64,000 bases of DNA from NCBI GenBank assembly GCA_963555995.3, contig OY821641.1, forward strand, positions 2,624,001-2,688,000, in the 5' to 3' direction. The DNA comes from Vicinamibacteria bacterium. Its GTDB lineage: Bacteria; Acidobacteriota; Vicinamibacteria; Marinacidobacterales; Marinacidobacteraceae. The notes below the pieces were generated by a model that saw only the letters and a program-made list of their open reading frames with translations, did no database searches and was not told the origin of the DNA. How positions within the stretch are numbered: position 1 is the first letter of the stretch; each line of letters starts with the position of its first letter. The translations under genes were made by a program, and so were the position numbers. Shown in pieces: positions 59,219 to 64,000 of this stretch.

Positions 59219-60076
59219 TCACCGACGTCCCTCCTTCCCCGCCGGCGCCGCGGCGGGGGATGAGGCCGCCTCTTCCGGGAGGAGGAAGGATCGAGCGATC
59301 GTCTCCTGGCGCTCCCGGAAGCTCTGCTCCAGATCCCGCAGCCGATAGCTGCGGCCACGGATGTCGAGGACCACGCAGCGGTGCAGGAACCGGTCCAGGA
59401 TCGCGCTCGCCAGCACCGCGTCCCCCGCCAGCACCTCCGGCCATTCCCGGATCGCCTTGTTCGTCGTGACCAGCACGCTCCCCCGCTCATGCCGGTCGTT
59501 GATCAACCGGAACAGTTGACTCGCTTCCTTCGCGTCCAGGGCTTCGTAGCCCATCTCGTCGATGATCAACAGCGACGCCGACAGATACCGCCGGTTCCCC
59601 CGTGGCGTCGTCGACCCCTCATGCCGCTTCAGGGTCCGCAGCAACTCGTCCAGCCGGTAGAACGCCACCCGGAACCCGTTCTCCAGCGCCCGCATCCCCA
59701 GACCCGCCGCCAGGTGCGTCTTCCCCACCCCCGGCGGGCCCTGCAGCAGAACGTTCTGCCGCTCCCGGATCCAACCGCAGGTGCCCAACAGTTCCACCCG
59801 CGTCCGGTCCAGCGTCGGCTGGAAGCCGAAGTCGAAGTTCCCCAGGGTCCGTCCCAGAGGCAACCCCGCCATCCGCAGCCCCATCTCCAGCCGCCGCTGC
59901 CGGCGGAACTCCCTCTCCGTCTCCAGGACCCGAACCAACAGGCGATGCGCCGGCAGCTCCTCCCGCGCACACTCGGTCAGCAACTCGGACAACCGAGCCG
60001 ATGCCTCCCGCATCCCGAGCTCTCCCAGGATCCGCCGCGTCCGGTCCAGGTCCAGGTCCACATCCATACTCACCAT
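59219..60076 (-). CDS. istB: IS21 helper ATPase IstB
   Basis: FDFGFQP, GPPGVGKTHLA, LLIIDEMGY, TTNK...W, AILDR.LH, GRSYRL. Confidence 0.95.
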   Translation of the reverse strand: MVSMDVDLDLDRTRRILGELGMREASARLSELLTECAREELPAHRLLVRVLETEREFRRQRRLEMGLRMAGLPLGRTLGNFDFGFQPTLDRTRVELLGTCGWIRERQNVLLQGPPGVGKTHLAAGLGMRALENGFRVAFYRLDELLRTLKRHEGSTTPRGNRRYLSASLLIIDEMGYEALDAKEASQLFRLINDRHERGSVLVTTNKAIREWPEVLAGDAVLASAILDRFLHRCVVLDIRGRSYRLRDLEQSFRERQETIARSFLLPEEAASSPAAAPAGKEGRR

Positions 60077-61323
60077 CGCGCTACCTCCGCCAGCGCCGCA
60101 TACAGATCCAGGGGACGTTCCTCCGGAGCCATCGCCCCGATCTCCTCCAGCCGACGCCCCATCCGCCCCAGCGGCGCCGGCGCGATCACCCGACCCGTCG
60201 AAGCCCCCTCGTAATGCGACAAGTCGCGCACAAGCAAGGAGTTGCCCTCTCGGGGATGCTCCGCCACCACCTCCCCGCGATCCAACACCTGCACCCGGCG
60301 CGCGCACCGGCGCACCTCCACCCGGGTCCCCACCAGACGGAACGGCACCGACCAGCTCCGGCTGTCGAACGCCACCGTGCAGTCCTTCCGCACCGGCCGC
60401 AGCCCCACCAGGTCGAACGGCTCCGGCAACCCCGTGCAGTCCCCCAAATACCCCTGCTCCTCCTCCCAACTCTCCAACACCCCGCGCCCCGTCGCCGGGC
60501 TCGTCCGGCGCGACTCCCACTCCAGCAACCGAGCGTCCGTCCACGCCTGCAACTCCTCCAGGCTCGACCACTCGCTCGTCGGCCCCGGACCCCAACCCCG
60601 CAGGTCCAGGATCCCTCGCTCCACCTTCCCCTTCGCCTCCGGAGACCGCGGCGGACAGGGATCGATGTGAAACCGCGCCTCCTCCGCATACCGCAAATAG
60701 GCCCGGTTCACCTCCCCCCAGACCCCCGCGCCGCGCACTATCGCCGTCTTCACGTTGTCCATCCGTACCGTCGCCGTCACCCCCTTCAGACGCACAAACG
60801 CCTGCCCGTGAACCCACAACCACGACAGCGTGTCCTTCAACGGGGACCACACCACCGCGCTCTTCCGCGAAAAGCTCAACCGCAGCGCAAACGCACTTAC
60901 CCCCCGCCGGCCTCCAACCAGCATCCCCGGCGCCTCCGCCCAGTCCGCCTGCGCCTGCGCCCCCGGCGGCGTCTCCACCCGACGCCGCGCCCGTACCCGG
61001 CCCGGACCCAACCGACGACGCAGATACCGCTGCACCGACCGCAGGCTCCCCACATACCCGTGCTCCGCCACCAAATGCTCGTGCAGCGCCGTCGCGTTCA
61101 AGGGCTGACCCCCCGCAAAGTCCGCGCACCACTCCCGGATCTCCTCCCCAAGCCTCGAAGCGCGCTCAACCTTCCCGCGACCGTCGCGCCTACCCTCCTC
61201 GCGACCCAGCTCGTAGCGAACCTGACGCTCGCTCACCCGCGCCGCCCGCGCGATCTCACGCCGGGAACAACCACGCTCCGAAAGCGCCCTGATCGTCATC
61301 CGAAGCTCCTTGCTGAGTGCCAT
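60070..61323 (-). CDS. istA: IS21 transposase IstA
   Basis: N-terminal HTH, ETPPGAQAQADW, MDNVKTAI, KGKVER, WSVP. Confidence 0.95.
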   Translation of the reverse strand: MALSKELRMTIRALSERGCSRREIARAARVSERQVRYELGREEGRRDGRGKVERASRLGEEIREWCADFAGGQPLNATALHEHLVAEHGYVGSLRSVQRYLRRRLGPGRVRARRRVETPPGAQAQADWAEAPGMLVGGRRGVSAFALRLSFSRKSAVVWSPLKDTLSWLWVHGQAFVRLKGVTATVRMDNVKTAIVRGAGVWGEVNRAYLRYAEEARFHIDPCPPRSPEAKGKVERGILDLRGWGPGPTSEWSSLEELQAWTDARLLEWESRRTSPATGRGVLESWEEEQGYLGDCTGLPEPFDLVGLRPVRKDCTVAFDSRSWSVPFRLVGTRVEVRRCARRVQVLDRGEVVAEHPREGNSLLVRDLSHYEGASTGRVIAPAPLGRMGRRLEEIGAMAPEERPLDLYAALAEVARW

Positions 61324-61869
61324 GGCGGTCCCCCTGAAGCGAGAACCGAAGCCTCAGCCAACGACGCAAACAGGTGACAAAGTTCGTGTCGTTTAAGCCC
61401 GATCTTTACCTGTCGTTTGACAGCCGGCTGGGAGCGCCGCTCTTCAGAGCGGCACAGCGGGCCGAAGGCCCGCGGATGTCGGGTCGCTGTCTGCGGGGAT
61501 GAACCGAGAGCAAAGCACCACCGCGCCGCTCACCGTGGCGCCGTGCGCGGCGCTATCGCGCAGCGCGTGCCGGTCTGAAGACCGGCGCTCCCCGCCAGCG
61601 GCGCAACGCACGCGGCCCGGTTATCGCGAAAATGCAGCTCCGGCGAGACGCTGGCCCTCGTGATGGCGCCGCCGGCTGGGAGCCCCGCTCTTCAGAGCGG
61701 CACAGCGGGCCGAAGGCCCGCGGATGTCGGGTCGCTGTCTGCGGGGATGAACCGAGAGCAGAGCACCACCGCACCGCTCGCCGTGGCGCCGTGCGCGGCG
61801 CTATCGCGCAGCGCGTGCCGGTCTGAAGACCGGCGCTCCCCAGCGGCGTCGTACACACTCCCGGGCGTC

Positions 61870-63435
61870 ATGAACTCCCGCCGGCTGGTCGCGCTCGGTG
61901 GGGTCCATGTTGTGCTGGCGGGGGTGCTGGCGGGGCTGCTCGCGGGGGGGTGGGGGTTCTGGTGGCAGGTCGGCGTGCACGCCGCGCTCTTCGCGCCGCT
62001 GCTGCTCGTGGGGCTGCCCCTGGTGCGGGGGCGCGAGACCGGACGCGCTCCCCGCCGGGTGCTGCTGGCTGTGCTCGCGGCGGGGCTCGTCGGCCGAGCG
62101 CTCCTGGTCGGCGTGCCGCCCGCGCCGCAGGCCGACCTCCACCGGATGATCTGGGAGGGCCGGGTTCCCGCGGCGGGGGGCGACCCCTTCCGCCACCCGC
62201 CCGATGCGCCCGAACTGGCGGAACTCGCCGCCGCGCTCCCGGAGGTCCGGGCGGGGGTGAACTACTGGAAGCTGCCGGCGATCTATCCGCCCGCGGCGCA
62301 GCTCTTCTTCCGGGCGACGACCTGGGTCTCGGTCCACCCGGCGGCGATGAAGGGGGCGCTGGTGGTCGCCGAGGGGGTGCTCGTCCTCGCGCTGGTCCTG
62401 CTCCTGCGCCGCCGCGGTCTGCACCCGGGGCTCGTCGTGCTCTACGTCTGGAACCCGCTGCCGCTCACCGCGATCGCGGGCGAAGGCCACGGTGACGCCC
62501 TCGGGCTGGCCTTCCTCGCGCTCGGGCTGCTCGCCGCCGAGTCCCTGCGCCCGGCCGCCGCCGCGTGTCTCGCCGCGCTGTCGGCGCTCTCCAAGATCGT
62601 GGGCGGGGTGCTCCTCCCGTTCCTGCTGTTCCCGGCCCGGCGGGAGGCGCGGCGGCCCGTCCGGGTGCTGCTCGCCGCCCTCGGGACCACGGCGGTGGTC
62701 ACGCTCCCCTGGCTCACGCCGGGCGTCCTGGATCGGGGGCTCCCGGCGCGTCTCGGAGAGCTGACCGGGAGCCTCGGGCACTTCGCCCGCCACTGGCGGT
62801 TCAACGAGTCCGGGTTCCTGGTGCTCGAGGCCGCCTTCGGCGAGGCCGCCCGGGTGGGGGTGCTCGCGCTGGCGGTCGCGCTGCTGCTGGTCCTCCTCTA
62901 CCGGCGGGTGGAGCCGGCGCTCGGCATCCCGCTGCTCGCCGGGACCGTCTTCCTGCTCTCCCCGGTGGCGCACCCCTGGTACTTCCTCTGGACCCTCCCG
63001 TTCATGGTCCTCCACCCGGAGCGGCGGACGCTGCTCGCCGCGACGCTGGTCCTCTCGGGCACCCTGGTGCTCGCGACCTGGCCGTCGTGGCATCTTCCCG
63101 TCGGAGAGCCGTGGGTGCTCCCCTGGCCCGTCCGCCTCGCGGAGTACCTGCCCCCCGTCCTGATCCTGATCGCCGGAGGAGTCGCCAACCGGCGCCGCCG
63201 GCTTGGAACGCCGGCTTCAGCCGGCACCCGCTGCGCGGAGCGCAGCGGACTGCACCACGCTGACTCAGGCGATGGCGTTCGACTCTCGGTCCATCACCGC
63301 GAACAGCGGCACGATCCGCGGGCCTGCGGCCCGCGGTGCCGGCTGAAGCCGGCGCTCCAAGCCATTTCGCCTTTTCATACCCGGTGGGGTTTCTCCAGGC
63401 GGCGGAGGTGGGCCACCGCCAGCGCCGCGGCGTAG
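61870..63435 (+). CDS. GT-C fold membrane glycosyltransferase (GT87/DUF2029-like); C-terminus runs through a REP element
   Basis: D..R.IWEG, AIYPP.AQ..F, YVWNPL......GHGD, WRFN, SPVAHPWY, EY.P. Confidence 0.8.
   Translation: MNSRRLVALGGVHVVLAGVLAGLLAGGWGFWWQVGVHAALFAPLLLVGLPLVRGRETGRAPRRVLLAVLAAGLVGRALLVGVPPAPQADLHRMIWEGRVPAAGGDPFRHPPDAPELAELAAALPEVRAGVNYWKLPAIYPPAAQLFFRATTWVSVHPAAMKGALVVAEGVLVLALVLLLRRRGLHPGLVVLYVWNPLPLTAIAGEGHGDALGLAFLALGLLAAESLRPAAAACLAALSALSKIVGGVLLPFLLFPARREARRPVRVLLAALGTTAVVTLPWLTPGVLDRGLPARLGELTGSLGHFARHWRFNESGFLVLEAAFGEAARVGVLALAVALLLVLLYRRVEPALGIPLLAGTVFLLSPVAHPWYFLWTLPFMVLHPERRTLLAATLVLSGTLVLATWPSWHLPVGEPWVLPWPVRLAEYLPPVLILIAGGVANRRRRLGTPASAGTRCAERSGLHHADSGDGVRLSVHHREQRHDPRACGPRCRLKPALQAISPFHTRWGFSRRRRWATASAAA
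63205..63358. repeat. REPIN-like doublet (spacer S1)
   Basis: GGAACGCCGGCTTCAGCCGGCAC...GTGCCGGCTGAAGCCGGCGCTCC. Confidence 0.85.
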
Positions 63436-64000
63436 CCGGCGCCGAAGCCGTTGTCAATGTTCACCACCGTCACGCCGGGCGCGCAACTGTTGAGCAGCGA
63501 GAGCAGGGCGGTGAGCCCTCCCCACGACGCGCCGTAACCCGTGGACGTGGGCACCGCCACGATGGGGCACGGGGCGAGACCCGCGACCACCGGGGCGAGC
63601 GCCGCCTCCATGCCGGCGACCACCACGAGCGCGTGCAACGAGGCGAAGCCGGGGGCCTCGGTGAGGAGGCGTTGAATGCCCGCGACCCCGATGTCGAAGG
63701 TCCGCCGGACCTCGGCGCCCATGAGTTCGGCCGTCAGCGCGGCTTCCTCGGCCACCGGGATGTCCGAGGTCCCCGCCGAGACGACCCCGATGGCGGCGTC
63801 GAGCGGGGCGGGGGCGGTCCGGGAGACGACCACGGCGCGGGCTTCCTCGCGCCAGACCGCCTCGGGGACCTCCGCGAGCACGGCGCGGGCGGTCTCCGGG
63901 GCGGTCCGGGTCACCAGCGTCTGCCCGGCGGTGGCGGACAGCGACCGCACGATGGCGACGACCTGCTCCGCCGTCTTGCCCTCGGCGAGCACCACCTCCG
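63375..64000 (-). CDS. larB: Nickel-pincer cofactor biosynthesis protein LarB (5' end outside window)
   Basis: EVVLAEGKT, SAGTSDIPVAEEA, DIGVAGIQRL, VVAGMEAAL, AVPTSTGYGA, LNSCAPGVTVVNIDNGFGA. Confidence 0.9.
   Translation of the reverse strand, partial: EVVLAEGKTAEQVVAIVRSLSATAGQTLVTRTAPETARAVLAEVPEAVWREEARAVVVSRTAPAPLDAAIGVVSAGTSDIPVAEEAALTAELMGAEVRRTFDIGVAGIQRLLTEAPGFASLHALVVVAGMEAALAPVVAGLAPCPIVAVPTSTGYGASWGGLTALLSLLNSCAPGVTVVNIDNGFGAGYAAALAVAHLRRLEKPHRV

Larger units (their letters stand above)
59094..61422 (-). mobile_element. Complete IS21-family element (2329 bp)
   Basis: TG...CA ends; imperfect ~50-bp TIRs (TGTCAA.CGACA...TAAACGACAC..ACTTTGTCACC); 5-bp TSD GCCGG at 59089-59093 and 61423-61427. 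Confidence 0.95.
58531..61840 (+). repeat. Tandem array of four ~248-bp units (linker X + REPIN-like doublet); unit 3 interrupted by IS21
   Basis: TTATCGCGAAA anchors at 58544, 58792, 59039 and 61621; spacings 248, 247 and 248 after removing IS + TSD (2334 bp). Confidence 0.92.

Noticed and set aside
58531-61840. CRISPR array
   Set aside because: Units are 248 bp and near-identical along their whole length, with no unique spacers; no cas genes are present.

Overview
A high-GC bacterial window (gene content such as ankyrin and FN3 repeat proteins, several PIN toxin-antitoxin pairs and PD-(D/E)XK families suggests a marine host-associated lineage; this is inference only). Metabolic and envelope genes include an FAD oxidase, an ornithine cyclodeaminase-like enzyme, an amidohydrolase, an S9 peptidase-like lipoprotein, a proline racemase-like enzyme, GT2 and GT-C glycosyltransferases, a GcvT/DmdA-like + dimethylglycine dehydrogenase-like + MetF block, and larB. 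Four paralogous secreted Ig-like/LVIVD propeller genes are present. Copies 1 and 2 are separated by a ~24 kb accessory tract carrying TA modules, nucleases, an AlbA_2 cassette flanked by 25-bp direct repeats, and a tightly coupled 9-gene operon (15.2-29.6 kb). That operon is the most interesting feature. It joins a MotA/ExbB-type proton-channel subunit and a MotB/ExbD-like TM(Asp)-vWA partner to two Ser/Thr kinases (one with ~36 ankyrin repeats), a membrane-anchored PP2C, two soluble FHA proteins, and an active plus a catalytically dead trypsin-TM-FHA receptor. Other notable features are ~34 REP-like palindromes in REPIN-like doublets with co-varying stems, a 4 x 248-bp tandem array split by a complete IS21 with a 5-bp TSD, and a (TC)16 tract that appears to put an FN3 autotransporter out of frame with its upstream ATG. 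No rRNA, tRNA, CRISPR array, integrase or reverse transcriptase was recognised.
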